Positions 19,678 to 30,939 of a stretch of 64,000 nucleotides of DNA are shown in pieces. The stretch comes from Vicinamibacteria bacterium. GTDB taxonomy: Bacteria > Acidobacteriota > Vicinamibacteria > Vicinamibacterales > JAENWD01. Position 1 is the first letter of the stretch. Each line of letters opens with the position of its first letter. Under the pieces are notes generated by a model. The model searched no databases. It was not told where the DNA came from and was given only the letters and a program-made list of their open reading frames with translations. The translations under genes were made by a program, and so were the position numbers. The DNA lies in contig CAVRDA010000014.1 in the NCBI GenBank assembly GCA_963719755.1, positions 200,536 to 264,535 on the forward strand. The letters are read 5' to 3'.

Positions 19678-20692
19678 CTAAGCGGGTCTGAACTCGGTGC
19701 CGTGCCGGAGCATGGCGTGCATGATGATGGCGAGCCGGCGCGCGAGCGCGATCCGCGCCTTGCGCATGGTCGAGCGCCGGCCGATGTCGAGCGCCCAGTC
19801 CTTGAGCGCGAGCTTGCCGCGATAGCGGGTGAGCATGACGTTGGCGGCCTCGTAAAGCAGCGTGCGGACCCGTCGGTCGCCGCGCTTTGAGATGCTGCCG
19901 GTATAGTCGATCTCGCCGGACTGGTAGCGCCTGGGCACCAGGCCTAGATAGGCGCCGACGTCGCGCGACCGCCGGAAGCGTTCCGGCTCATCGATGGCCG
20001 CGACGAAGGCGAGCGCCGTCAGTTGGCCGACACCGGGAATGGTCATCAGCCGCCGGCAGGCTTCCGACGCGCGTGCGAGGCGCTTCATGTCGCGATCGAT
20101 CGCGGTGATCGCCGCCAGCACGGCATTGCGCGCCGCCAGCAAGCCGCACATTGCTGCCGATAGACCCGCAACCCCTTCGCTGCCACCGAGGACCTGCTTC
20201 GCGAAGGCCGGGCTGAGCCCGCGCGGCAGCCGGACCCCGAACACGACCGCCAGGCCGCGGATCTGGTTCTCGAGCGTGACCCGCTGGCCGACCAGCTTCT
20301 TGCGCGCAAGGATCAGCGCCCGGACGGCATGGGCCGGCAGCGACTTCACGTGGACGGGCTTGAAGAAACCGGTGCGTGCCAGCTGCGCCAGCCCGCGCGC
20401 ATCGTTGCGATCGGTCTTGTGCGTGGCCAGCGACTTCAGCGCCAGATGAGCCTGCCGGCTCTCGATGCAGATCACCGGCACTCCCAGGGCCTCAAGACCA
20501 TGATAGAGCGTCGGCGCCATGCGGCCCGTCTCGAGCACGACCCGCTGACAGCTTGGTGCCCTCGCCAGGGCCGTCCGCAATCGCCTCAGGCAGGGTCGTC
20601 GCCATTGTCTCCAGCACAACGTCGCCGTCGCGATCGACAACGCAGACGTGCGTCTCTTTCATCGAGACATCCAATCCAGCAAAGTATTCCAT
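19678..20692 (-). pseudogene. IS110-family transposase (frameshift ~20530-20560)
   Basis: N-terminus 'MEYFAGLDVSMKETHVCVVD' (ORF 20492..20755). C-terminus 'TDRNDARGLAQLAR...MTIPGVGQLTALAFVAAI...YQSGE' (ORF 19678..20640). Confidence 0.85.
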
Positions 20693-20699
20693 GGCTGCT

Positions 20700-20915
20700 C
20701 TCCTGTCGCGTTGGGGAGCCAATCGTATCGGACTCCCGAGGAGCAGCCGCCTCATTACCCCATGTTGAAAAAGTCCGTTCGGGAGCCACGATGGCCGCTG
20801 GTGCGAAACAATGATTCAAGGACAGCCGATATCTTAAATCATCCTTGCTCATGGCGCTCGATGCGCGACTGATTGTTTCGCGCGATTTTGGCCTGCGGAC
20901 TTTTTCAACGAGAAT
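20700..20915 (-). ncRNA. candidate IS110 bridge/seek RNA region
   Basis: Nested inverted repeats immediately 5' of the transposase start: 14 bp (20764-20777 / 20896-20909), 10 bp (20813-20822 / 20871-20880) and an inner 'caagga..tccttg'. Confidence 0.3.
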
Positions 20916-21206
20916 CGACCCGGAGCGGACCTTCGTGGCGCGCGGGAATCGAGAGCTCAACGCTTAGGACGTGAACCGTCATATCGTCGCCGTCGACGAC
21001 AACGGTAACGTCACGTCGGCGGCCTTCGTCAGGGCCATTTCGTGCCAAACGTGCTGGCCGTGTTGGGATCGGGATAATTCCGCCTAAGCTGAACCATTTA
21101 CAGCGACCGAGGGATGTGTTGCGATTGGGACGGCGCTGCCCGGTTCGCGCTACCCAATAGGAGATTCCAACTCCGACACACGCCACACCTCATCACGGGG
21201 GCGGAG

Positions 21207-22652
21207 ATGGTCACAATCCTATGGTCGCTCTGCGGAACCGTCGCAGTAGCACTGGCGGCGGTGTGCGGATGGCCGTGGCTCATCGAACGGCGAGACCGTG
21301 CCAGTCTGATGCTTTGCGCCCTCGGCGTCGCAGCAGCTGCTTGCGCTTTTGTCGAACTTGGCATGATGCATTCTGCGACGGCTGCAGAATTTGGCGAATG
21401 GCTGCGCTGGTATCACGTTCCGATCTTCTTGGCTTTCATAGCGCTGGTGCTCTTTGTTCACTACTACCTGGGAACGGGCAGATTGTGGCTCATGTGGGCG
21501 GTCATCTGCGCGCGATCGGTCGTGCTCGTCGTCAATTTCTCGGTTCACCCAAACTTCAATTTTTCGAGTATCGACAGCTTGCGCCAGATGTCGGTGCTCG
21601 GCGAACAGGTATCTGCCATCGGCGTTGCCGTGCCGCGCAATCAATGGCAAATGTTCGCGTTAGTCAGCTTGATTCTGTTGATGGCGTATCTGATCGATGC
21701 TGCGGCTCAGCGATGGCTGAAGGGAGGCACAAACTCGAGACGAAAGGCACTTAGCGTCGGCTTGGGTATAGCAGTTCCGATGTTAAGCGCAGTGGTTTAC
21801 ACACAGCTGCTGGTGTTCGGCGTTCTGCAGGCCCCGGTGTCCAACCTTCTATGGTTCTTGGGCACCTTGGTGGTGATGGCCTATGAATTGGGGCGCGATG
21901 TCCTTGTCAACAGACGTGCGCGGTCGGAATTGATTGAGCTTCGCGAGCAGCTGGCGCAGGCGGAGCGCGTTAGCGTGTTGGGACAACTGGCATCCGCGCT
22001 GGCACACGAGTTGATCCAGCCGCTGACTGCGACCGTGGCCAACGTGGGCGCGGCGCGGATGGAGCTGGAGAGCGAAAAACCGGATCTCGAAGAGCTGCGC
22101 GCAATTCTGGACGACGTCGACAGGGACGATCGTCGTGCCGTCGAGATCATCACCCGGATGCGCCAGTTTTCCCAGCGACGCGCGATCGAGATGCAGCCAC
22201 TTAGAGTGGAAGACGTGGTGCAGGATGTTATCTCGCTGGTTCACTCGGAAGCGACCAATAAACACGCCGTCGTGGCTCTGGTGATGCAGCCTGGTCTGCC
22301 GCGCGTGCTTGGTGATCGCGTGCACTTATCGCAAGTATTGCTCAACCTCCTTATGAACAGCATCCACGCAGTGGAGTCCCGCCCGCTCGATGCCAGAGGT
22401 ATTGTCATCGAAGCGCGGGCCGATGACGCGAAGGGCGAAGTCGAATTGGCGGTCCGAGATTCCGGACCTGGAATTCCAGACAGCATCGTCGATGAGGTCT
22501 TCAGACCCTTTTTTACGACAAAGTCGGACGGCTTGGGCATGGGATTGGCGCTCTGTCGCACGATCGTTGAGGCGCATGGCGGTCGTCTGTGGACCGACCG
22601 CATGACCCAGCACGACGGCGCTGTCTTTCGCTTTACACTGAAGCGGGCGTAG
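21207..22652 (+). CDS. membrane sensor histidine kinase (multi-TM N-terminal domain, HisKA + HATPase_c)
   Basis: RBS 'gggggcggag' precedes the ATG at 21207. About 7 hydrophobic segments. H-box 'LASALAHELIQPL', N-box 'LLNLLMNSIHAV', G-boxes 'DSGPGI' and 'GLGMGL'. Confidence 0.85.
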   Translation: MVTILWSLCGTVAVALAAVCGWPWLIERRDRASLMLCALGVAAAACAFVELGMMHSATAAEFGEWLRWYHVPIFLAFIALVLFVHYYLGTGRLWLMWAVICARSVVLVVNFSVHPNFNFSSIDSLRQMSVLGEQVSAIGVAVPRNQWQMFALVSLILLMAYLIDAAAQRWLKGGTNSRRKALSVGLGIAVPMLSAVVYTQLLVFGVLQAPVSNLLWFLGTLVVMAYELGRDVLVNRRARSELIELREQLAQAERVSVLGQLASALAHELIQPLTATVANVGAARMELESEKPDLEELRAILDDVDRDDRRAVEIITRMRQFSQRRAIEMQPLRVEDVVQDVISLVHSEATNKHAVVALVMQPGLPRVLGDRVHLSQVLLNLLMNSIHAVESRPLDARGIVIEARADDAKGEVELAVRDSGPGIPDSIVDEVFRPFFTTKSDGLGMGLALCRTIVEAHGGRLWTDRMTQHDGAVFRFTLKRA

Positions 22653-22713
22653 GGCTGGCAGTCAGGCAGGCGCGGCTTTCATTTTTCGGCGCGCACGCGC
22701 CGGAAGCGCTTCT

Positions 22714-22740
22714 GGTCCGTTTCTGGCACTGAGCTGACCT
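22714..22740. repeat. REP-like interspersed element 'ggtccgtttctggcac..gctgacc' (related copies 11424-11448 and, inverted, 19358-19388)
   Basis: The shared core ggtccg(t/c)tt...agctgacct is seen three times, always intergenic. Confidence 0.4.
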
Positions 22741-22835
22741 TCCAGAGATGTGAGACGAAATCCGCTATTCGACGCTAAGCGGTCATATCAGCGTTGCACC
22801 TGAAAGGCGCCCTCTGACCCAACCCGGACATTTGA

Positions 22836-23643
22836 TCACTCATATCCGCTTTCCGTGGACTTTCGCAGCATTGCGAACTGACGAGGATCATGCCCAAACC
22901 AGACATTCGCACCGAGGTCGCGTCGATGCCTTATACGGTCCAGGGTGTTTCTGAACCCTGCTTCGTCCTCGAAAAATCCCGGCATCATCGGCGGCCGATG
23001 AAGGTTCTCGGCGCAATATGCGGCGTCAGAGACGAGCACAATGTCACCGCTGGCCGGCAGGCGCACAGAGAGGCCCAGCATCCCAAAGGAATGGCCGCGA
23101 CCGAAATTGAGGATCTGAACCTCGTCATGAAGCGCCAGATCGCCTTCGTCACTGGAAACCGGTCGCCACGCCAGATCGGCGCGGATCCATGCGTCGGTGT
23201 CCCGCCAAGCATAGGTCGTATCATCGTTCGCCTTGTGGGCGGCGATGACGGCGGCCAACTCATCAGCGTGAACGATCAGCTGGGACTTGCGGAAGAACTC
23301 GACACAGCCGGCGTGATCGGCATGCATGTGCGACAGCACGACATATCGGAAGTCGTTGACGCCGAGTCCGAGTTGTTCCAGTCGATGCGGCAGAGCGCAT
23401 TCCTCACCGCCGAGATGCGTGAAGTCGCTCTGGAACTCTGCCGGCCAGCGCCCGTTCGGCCCCATCGCCTCAGGGTGGCATCCGGCGTCGAACAGCACGC
23501 GGCCGTCGGGATGATCGATGCAATATGCGGAGACGGGCGCCTCGAGGATCTCAGGGAAACGGGGACGGCCCTTGGCCGATCAGCACCTTGGACTGCATAC
23601 GCAGCCGGCCGAGATCGAGCACGTAAAGCCGCATCCGCGCCAT
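22836..23643 (-). pseudogene. MBL-fold N-acyl-homoserine-lactonase-like hydrolase (frameshift ~23570)
   Basis: 'LSHMHADHAG' (HxHxDH). The N-terminus 'MARMRLYVLDLGRLRMQSKVL' is 145 nt upstream of the in-frame GTG, so it lies in a different frame. Confidence 0.7.
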
Positions 23644-23647
23644 GGTG

Positions 23648-25744
23648 CTAGACCGGCAAAGTTTCGCGGGCTTGCTGGCGGGCAGCCCAGCCGCGGATGA
23701 TGCGATCCGCCATCATCGCCACCAGCGCGATCGCCAGGCCCGAGGTGAGGCCGAGCCCGGCATTCGCCTTGCCCAGCGCGATATAGACCTGCTGGCCCAG
23801 GTCCCTTGTCCCGACCATGGCGGCGATCACCACCATCGACAAAGCCGCCATGATGGTCTGGTTGAGGCCGAGCATCACCACCGGCATGGCCAGCGGCAGC
23901 TTCACCTGGAACAGGAGCTGCAGCGGCGTGCAGCCGCATTGCTGTCCGGCCTCGATGCAATCGACCCGCACATGACGGATGCCATGCTCGACATAGCGGA
24001 TCGGCGGCACGATGACATAGAGCATGATGGCGATGAGGGCCGTCAGCTCGCCGACCTTGAAGAACATCAGCGCCGGGATCAGGAACACGAATTGCGGCAT
24101 GGTTTGCAGGGTGTCGTTGATCGGCCGCACGATCTTGGAGACCGTGTCGTTGTGCGCCGCCCACAACCCGACCAGCCCGCCGATCAGCAGGCACAGCAGC
24201 ACGGCAAGCCCGCACAGATAGGCCGTCTGCATGAAGGGCTGCCACAGGCCCAGCACCAGGATGAAGAGGCAGCTCAGTAGCGCGAACAGCGCGACGCCAG
24301 CACCGGCGCAACGCCACGCCAGCACCACGACCAGAGCGATGAAGGCCGGCCAGGGGAAGTTCGAGAAGCCGAAGAAGAAGAGCAGGCCTGCGACGATCGC
24401 GGCGCAGCCGGCGCGCCAGCCGATGCTGCGCGTCAACGCCGTCGCGATCAGCGCGACGATCGCGACATAGATCGCGATCACCATGGGCGTCAGCTCGATC
24501 CCCCAGGACATCGGCGTCACGGCGTTCACCATGCCGATGCGCAGCGGCAGGATGAAGAAATAGAGCACGTTGTTCTTGAAGGTCTCGAGCGGATCGGCAT
24601 AGGCCGCAACCAGGCCAAGCACCCACTTGTTGAGCGCCTCTGCGTTGATGAAGCCGCGGCCTTCACTCAACGGCAGCATGCTCGAGAGGCCAGTCATATG
24701 CATGAAAGCGGCCGCGATCGCCAGCGCGCCGACGATGCTCCAGAACCGCCGCCAGGTCAGCCAGTCGGGGTGGTTTGCGGTCCCGCTTGCTGGCGAAGCC
24801 GAGGGTGATCCGGTCCATCACCATCGCCAGCAGGGCGATGACCAGGCCGGACAGCAGGCTCTGCCCAAACGCGGCCTTGCGCATGGAGGACAGCACTTCC
24901 CAGCCGATGTCCTCGAACCCGCCGATGATCGAGGCGATGATGACGATGCTGAAGGCGGCCATGGTGCTCTGGTTGATGCCGACCAGCATCTGCGGCATCG
25001 CAGTTGGAACCTCGACCAGCCAGAAGCCCTGGGGCGGCGTGCAGCCGCTCATCAGGCCGGATTCCTTGATGTCGCTTGGCACGCGTTCCAGCCCGAGCAG
25101 CGTATTGCGCACCATCGGCGGGATCGCATAGATCGCGCTGGCGATGAGGCCGACCACCGGTCCGAAGCCGAACAACAGCAGCAGCGGGATGAGGTACGCG
25201 AAGGCAGGCATGGTCTGCATGACGTCGAGCGCGACGTCGATCGCTCCGCGCAATCGCGGCACACGATGCGCCAGCACGCCGAGCGCGAAGCCCGCCGCCA
25301 CCGACATCGGCACGGCAAGCAGTACCAGGGCGAGGGTGTTCATGCTCTCATGCCAATAGCCGGCGATCAGGATGTAGAGCAAGCGTGCCGAGCGCGAACC
25401 AGGCCAGACCGCGGCCACCGGCGCGCAGAGGCGGTCACGCCGACCAGCACCAGCATGATCGGCCAGGGGATCCATTGCAGCACCGCCTGGACGCCGCGCA
25501 TCGGCCAGTCCAGCAGCCACGCGATGCCGCGGAACGCCGGTTTGACGAACTCGGTGATAGCGGTGCTGACGGCATCGATGGCGGGTGCGATTGGCAGCAC
25601 CCAGTCCGGCGGATACAGCGACATCCATGGCGCACTGCCGCGCAGCGCGAGGCAGGCAGCGACGAACAGCAGCACCGGCAGCCAGACGCCGAGGCCCGGA
25701 TCCAGGCGCTGACGCCGCGATAGGTCGCCGGCCAGCGCCGTCAT
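23648..25744 (-). pseudogene. proW: fused double-domain ProW/OpuAB-type ABC permease (at least 2 frameshifts, ~24790 and ~25400)
   Basis: Two BPD-transporter cores ('MQTMPAFAYLIPLLLLFG...' and 'LQTMPQFVFLIPALMFFK...'). They are joined by 'ANHPDWLTWRRFWSIVGALAIAAAFMHMTG', which is only readable after a frame change. The ATG at 25744 overlaps the proV stop (ATGA). Confidence 0.75.
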
Positions 25745-26808
25745 CGCCGCCTCTGCCGGTCCCGGTCGACGATCGACAGCACGGCGGCCGCATCGATGGC
25801 GCCGAGCGCGCCGTCGCCATCGGCGACGCGGAATCTGCGTGGCGCCGCGCGCAAGCCGCGCGAGCAGCTCCTCGACCGTGGTCGTCGGCTCGACCGTGTC
25901 GGCGGCGCCGGAGCCGGCGCCATTCACCGGCTTCATGATGTCCTTGGCCAGCATCACGCGCACCAGGGGGATGTCCTCGACGAAGCGCGCGACATAGTCA
26001 TCGGCAGGTTCGCGCACGATGTCGGCGGGGCGTCCGATCTGGATGATCTCGCCTTGGCGCATGATCGCGATGCGGTCGGCGAGGCGGAACGCCTCCTGCA
26101 TGTCATGGGTGATGAAGACGATGGTCTTGCCGAGCATGCGCTGCAGGCGCAGGAACTCATCCTGCATCTGGCGTCGGATCAGGGGATCGAGCGCGGAGAA
26201 CGGCTCGTCGAGGAACCACAGCGCCGGGTCCGACGGCGAGCGAGCGGGCGAGGCCGACGCGCTGCTGCTGTCCGCCGGAGAGCTGGTTCGGAAAGGCATG
26301 CTCGCGGCCCTCCAGCCCCACCAGCGCGATCATCTCGCGCGCGCGGGCGTGGCGCTCCTCCGGCTGATCGGCCTTGCACACGGAGCGGGAAGGCCACGTT
26401 GTCGAGCACGCTGAGATGCGGCAGCAATCCGAAATGCTGGAACACCATGCCCATCTCGCGCCGCCGCAGCTCGATCAGGCGCTGCGGGCTCGCGGCCAGC
26501 AGGTTCTCGCCGTCGAGCAGCACCTGGCCGGCGCTGGGCTCGATCAGGCGCGACAGGCAGCGCACGAGCGTCGATTTGCCGGAACCGGACAGGCCCATGA
26601 TCACGAAGATTTCGCCGGTATGGACTGCGAAGTTCGCGTCGATCACCGCAGGGATATGGCCTGCGGCGCGCAGCTTCTCGCATGCGGCCTCGCGGCCACC
26701 GGCGAACATGCCGTCGTCGCGCGCAAGGCGGCCGGCGTGCGGACCATAGGCTTTCCAGAGACCGCGGCATGCAAGCTTGACGGGGCGCTGCGGCGCGGAC
26801 TCGGTCAT
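25741..26808 (-). pseudogene. proV: ProV/OpuAA-type ABC ATPase with C-terminal CBS region (at least 3 frameshifts)
   Basis: Walker A 'GLSGSGKST', signature 'LSGGQQQRV', Walker B '[10 protein letters not shown]', then 'ADDYVARFVEDI'. The pieces lie in ORFs 26179..26808, 26157..26381, 25367..26299 and 25741..25923. Confidence 0.8.
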
Positions 26809-26890
26809 TGCAACGAGTTCCAGAGACAGCTCGACGCCATTCCGGCGCGGAACAGCGTCGAGCGCAGCACGTCCAGCCCAGCCGTCCGGA

Positions 26891-27826
26891 TCAGGACCCG
26901 GCAGCCTTGATCCACGGCTCCCAGGTCGCCTGGTTGGCGTCGATCCACGCCTTGGTCACGGCGTCGAGATCCTCGCCGTTCTTGTCGATCGCCAGCATCA
27001 TCTTCTGCTGCTCGGCGGCATCCATCTCGAACTTCTGCAGGAACGCATAGGCGGCGGGCCACTTGCCTTCGAACTCTTTCCACAGAACCTTGTGGACCTC
27101 GGGCGGATTGATGCAGTGCTCGTTCTCCTGCGTCTTGCAGGGCGGCATCTTCACCCAGTCGACGTCGACTGCGGCCAGCGCGTAATGCGGCGCCCAGAAC
27201 ATCATGAGCAGCGGCTTCTTGGCGGCCGCGGCGGATTCCAGCTCTGCCACCAGCGCGCCTTCGGATCCGGCCGGCACCGCCGTCAGCTGCATATTGTTGT
27301 CGGCGGCGATGGTGGCCGCGCGCGAACCCCAATCGGCGGGATAGTCGAGCAAGCGGCCGTTGGGGAACGTCTCCGGCGTTGCCAGCGCCTTGAGGCAGTC
27401 GGGCTTGGTGAGCGCGCTCCAGTCCGGAAGGCCCGGGCACACTTCGGTCATGTATTTGGGATAGACCCACCCTTCCTTGGTCTGCAGGTTGAGCTGCCCG
27501 ATATCGACGATCTTCCCGGCTTCCAACGCCTTCGGGAAAATATCGCCGACATTGTTCATCCAGACTTCCAGGCTTGCGCTGATCGAGCCGTCGGACAGAC
27601 CCTCGAACTGCGGATAGTTGCCGGCGGTGACGTACTCGACCTTGTAGCCGAGCTTCTGCAGAAGCTGGCCGGCGATGTGCGTCGTCACGTGCTGGCCGGT
27701 CCATTCATTGATCGCCAGCTTGATGGTCTCGTCTTTCGCGCCGAGCTCGGCGGCGGAGGCTTCAGCCGCGAACAGCGACGCTGCCAGCATGCCTGAGATC
27801 AGGCAGCCCATGTGCCACTTCACCAT
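26891..27826 (-). CDS. proX: glycine-betaine/quaternary-amine ABC substrate-binding protein (OpuAC family)
   Basis: Signal peptide, then 'IKLAINEWTGQHVTTHIAGQLLQKLGY'. Intact 311 aa. First gene of the transporter operon. Confidence 0.75.
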   Translation of the reverse strand: MVKWHMGCLISGMLAASLFAAEASAAELGAKDETIKLAINEWTGQHVTTHIAGQLLQKLGYKVEYVTAGNYPQFEGLSDGSISASLEVWMNNVGDIFPKALEAGKIVDIGQLNLQTKEGWVYPKYMTEVCPGLPDWSALTKPDCLKALATPETFPNGRLLDYPADWGSRAATIAADNNMQLTAVPAGSEGALVAELESAAAAKKPLLMMFWAPHYALAAVDVDWVKMPPCKTQENEHCINPPEVHKVLWKEFEGKWPAAYAFLQKFEMDAAEQQKMMLAIDKNGEDLDAVTKAWIDANQATWEPWIKAAGS

Positions 27827-27965
27827 GTCATCGTCTCCCTGTTTGCTTTCGTTTGATGCCGGTATTCCGACTTGTCATCAGAGTAGCGGGTTGCCGGGCG
27901 TGCTTGTCCATGGGTTTCATGGCCCGGCGCATGACAATTTCGACATCGTCCTCTCCTTCACGACT

Positions 27966-28898
27966 TCATTCCTGCACGACCGCGAGGGGGACCGCCGCCG
28001 GAGCGGGGCGCTCACGACTGGTCAGCACATCTCCCAATCCCGCCGCCAGAATCAGCGCTCCGCCCACCGCCTGCTGCCAGGTGATGGGATCGCCGCTCAG
28101 CCACGCCGCGGTGGCGACGCCGCTCACCAACTCGGTCATCAGCAGGATGCCGGTCCGCACCGGGCTGATGCGGCGGACGCCCCAGAACAGCAGGAACTGC
28201 GAGGGCAGCCAGGCCAGCCAGGCGATCGCCGCCACCAGCGGCCAGGCGGCGCCGATTGCCTGCGGCGCGGGTATCTGATCGCTGCTCAGCACCAACGCGA
28301 ACGGAACGGCCAGCACCAGGCCGCCCAGGAAGAAGGCCACCGAATTGGCGGCGGCGCCGACTTTCGCGCTCTTGCGGACGCGGATGGCGACGATCGCCCA
28401 TAGGACTCCGGACGCAATGGCCATCCAGTCCGCGAGGTTCCGCGGCAGGGGCCAATCGCCATCCTTGCTCAGCATCAGCACCAAGCCGCCGAGGCCGGCG
28501 ACGACGCAGGCGATCCGCGCCAAGCCGATCCGCTCTCCGAACCAGAAACGCGCGATCAGGATGCTCCAGATCGGTGAGAGGTAGAACAGGAACAGGACGT
28601 TGAAGACGCTCGTGCCTGCATAGGCATTGGAATACAAGTTGAAGACCAGCCCGTTGAGCAAGGCGAGCCAAAGGAACGTGCGGAGCTGCGCCGCGATCTC
28701 GCGCCGCGCCAGGAAACCCAGCAGCAACGCCGGCGGCAGCGCAGCGATGAAGAATGCGGCCGTCGCCCAGGCGCTGTAGAGCCCGAGTTCGTACAGATAG
28801 CGCAGCGGCAGCCAATAGACGCCCCACACCGCGCCACAGAGTGCGACCGCGATCGAGGCGACCCGGGTTTGCGTCGGCGTGGCCACCGATTGCGTCAT
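27966..28898 (-). CDS. DMT-superfamily (EamA-like) transporter
   Basis: ATG at 28898 ('MTQSVATPTQ'). About 10 TM segments. The longer 447-aa ORF is an out-of-gene extension over the neighbouring SDR. Confidence 0.7.
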   Translation of the reverse strand: MTQSVATPTQTRVASIAVALCGAVWGVYWLPLRYLYELGLYSAWATAAFFIAALPPALLLGFLARREIAAQLRTFLWLALLNGLVFNLYSNAYAGTSVFNVLFLFYLSPIWSILIARFWFGERIGLARIACVVAGLGGLVLMLSKDGDWPLPRNLADWMAIASGVLWAIVAIRVRKSAKVGAAANSVAFFLGGLVLAVPFALVLSSDQIPAPQAIGAAWPLVAAIAWLAWLPSQFLLFWGVRRISPVRTGILLMTELVSGVATAAWLSGDPITWQQAVGGALILAAGLGDVLTSRERPAPAAVPLAVVQE

Positions 28899-28909
28899 GC
28901 AGGAGCCTG

Positions 28910-29713
28910 CTACAATGCGCACCAGCCGCCATCGACCGGCAGCACGGTTCCCGTGATGAAGGACGAGGCGTCGGAGGCAAGGAAGATGGCGACACTGACC
29001 ACTTCTTCGACGCGACCTCGGCGCCGCATCGGCGTGTTGCGCCGGATCATCTCCTCGACTGCCGGATTGCGCTCGTATCCCTCCGAGCGCGACATGATGT
29101 GGTCCATATAGCCCGGATTGAATGCATTGACGCGGATGTTGCGCTCGCCCCACTCCACTGCGAGGGTGCGCACCATCATGTCGACACCGCTTTTCGAGAT
29201 GTTGTAGGTCAGCAGCTCCGGGAATGCGACCAGGCTGGCGTTCGATGAGGTCATGACGATCGAACCGCCGCCCTGCGGCGTCATGTGCCGCTCGGCCGCC
29301 TGTGCACAATAGAGATAGCCGCCGACATTGATGCGCAGAGTCTCGTCCAGCTCCTGTTGCGTCGCGTGCTCCGCAAAGGCCGGCAAGATGATGCCGGCAT
29401 TGCAGATCAGGACGTCGATGCGCCCGAACTCGGAGACGGTCCTTTCCACCAGGGCGGTGCAGGCGGCGGGGTCTGAGACGTCCGCCGCCATCGAGATGGC
29501 GCGCCCTCCGGCGCCGCGAATCTCCGTCGCCGCTGACTCAGCCTCGGCTGCGGTGCGCGATGTGGTGACGACCGCGGCGCCGGCGTCGGCGACGCCCTTG
29601 GCGATCGCGCGGCCCAAGCCCCGGCCGGAGCCGGTGACGAGGGCTACCTTGCCGTCGAGGCTGAAACGCGCGAGCAGACATGATCGTGCCCTCCCTGAGG
29701 TCTCGCAACTCAT
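28910..29713 (-). CDS. SDR-family oxidoreductase
   Basis: 'VALVTGSGRGLGRAIA', 'NAG', 'YNISKSG', C-terminus 'PVDGGWCAL'. Confidence 0.85.
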   Translation of the reverse strand: MSCETSGRARSCLLARFSLDGKVALVTGSGRGLGRAIAKGVADAGAAVVTTSRTAAEAESAATEIRGAGGRAISMAADVSDPAACTALVERTVSEFGRIDVLICNAGIILPAFAEHATQQELDETLRINVGGYLYCAQAAERHMTPQGGGSIVMTSSNASLVAFPELLTYNISKSGVDMMVRTLAVEWGERNIRVNAFNPGYMDHIMSRSEGYERNPAVEEMIRRNTPMRRRGRVEEVVSVAIFLASDASSFITGTVLPVDGGWCAL

Positions 29714-29789
29714 AGCGGGACCAAAAAACTCTTGCACACATACACCATCGATTTTAGCATTTTAGGACATCAAGTTATGATTTTTGGCC

Positions 29790-30815
29790 ATGAAAGTAGA
29801 TGCCAAAGCAGCCTTTGGGTTGCTGGTGATCGTCACGCCGAACTTCAATCTGGCTGCCACAGTAGGCTTCCTGGATCCCTTCCGTGCGTCGAACTATCTC
29901 GACGGCAGCATACTCTTTCGATGGGATCTTGCTTCGGCCGCCGGGGGTGAAATCATCGCCAGCAATGGCATCAGCGTCCGCACCAGAGCTCTTCGCGAAG
30001 TGCGGAATCAGCCTCAGGACATGGTGATCGTCTCATCGAGCTGGGCTCCGGAAACATACAACAGCGCGCCGCTCCATAGCGCGTTGCTTCGGTGGGCGCG
30101 TGCCGGCGTCACATTGGGCGCCATCGATACCGGTGCCTTCATCCTTGCGGAAGCGGGGCTTCTGAAAGGCAAGCGAGCAACCACCCACTATGAGCATATC
30201 GACTCATTGAGGGAACTCTACGTCGACACCGAGACGAGCGAGGATCTGTTCGTCTATGACGGCAACCGCATCACCTGTTGCGGTGGCACCGCCACGACGG
30301 ATTTTGCCCTCCATATCATACGAAGCATGCATGGGGATTTGCTCGCCAATGCCGCGGCACGCTACCTCTTCCATCAGAGCCTGCGCTCTCAGGGAACATC
30401 CCAGAACCCGAGTTCCGTGGAGCCGTTGGGCAGTACGGCGCCAAGCGTCTTGAAACAAGCGATCAAGCTCATGGAAGACAATCTGGAGGATGCGTTGACC
30501 ATCCCCCAGATATGCAAGCGCATTCGACTATCGCAGCGACAGCTCGATCGACTGTTTGGGCAGTTCGTGAAGAAGAGTCCTGTGCTTTACTACCGCGACA
30601 TCCGTCTCGATAGGGCGCGCAGCCTTGTCACGCAAACCGATATGCGGTTGTCGGAGATTGCGGTCGCTTCCGGCTTCTCGAGCCAAGCGCATTTCAGTCG
30701 GGCCTACCGGGAACGCTTTGGTCTTGCGCCCAGGACAGATCGTGTCGAGGGAAGAGTGCCGTTCGAGTTCCGTGCCTGGCCGATGCACCGGAAGAAGCGT
30801 CTGAACGAGCACTAA
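29790..30815 (+). CDS. GlxA-family (DJ-1/PfpI + AraC HTH) transcriptional regulator, CdhR/GbdR-like
   Basis: An N-terminal GATase1-like domain plus 'SEIAVASGFSSQAHFSRAYRERFGLAP'. Confidence 0.8.
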   Translation: MKVDAKAAFGLLVIVTPNFNLAATVGFLDPFRASNYLDGSILFRWDLASAAGGEIIASNGISVRTRALREVRNQPQDMVIVSSSWAPETYNSAPLHSALLRWARAGVTLGAIDTGAFILAEAGLLKGKRATTHYEHIDSLRELYVDTETSEDLFVYDGNRITCCGGTATTDFALHIIRSMHGDLLANAAARYLFHQSLRSQGTSQNPSSVEPLGSTAPSVLKQAIKLMEDNLEDALTIPQICKRIRLSQRQLDRLFGQFVKKSPVLYYRDIRLDRARSLVTQTDMRLSEIAVASGFSSQAHFSRAYRERFGLAPRTDRVEGRVPFEFRAWPMHRKKRLNEH

Positions 30816-30939
30816 GCCGTCATTTGGAGCCGTATGGCGAAATACGTCAAATCGGCGGCCAAGCACGCATAGTTTAGGGTGGTCCACAGAGTGATCCTTC
30901 CGGCAGCGCAGATGCCGCGTGTCCAGGGAGGAGGTTGCA

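Larger units (their letters stand above)
19400..20915 (-). mobile_element. IS110-family insertion sequence (boundaries approximate)
   Basis: Contains the DEDD transposase gene plus a structured non-coding region upstream of it. REP-like sequence lies at 19358-19388. Confidence 0.6.

Noticed and set aside
11400-21200. Recognisable anti-phage defence system (RM, Cas, CBASS, retron, TA) in the accessory patch
   Set aside because: No nuclease, methylase, Cas, cyclase, reverse-transcriptase or classical TA motifs could be recognised by eye. Only weak motif hints were found, and these are reported separately at low interest.
27966-29309. 447-aa ORF as a long EamA protein
   Set aside because: The N-terminal 136 aa overlap the SDR gene on the same strand in another frame and look like junk. 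An internal ATG at 28898 gives a standard ~310-aa DMT transporter.
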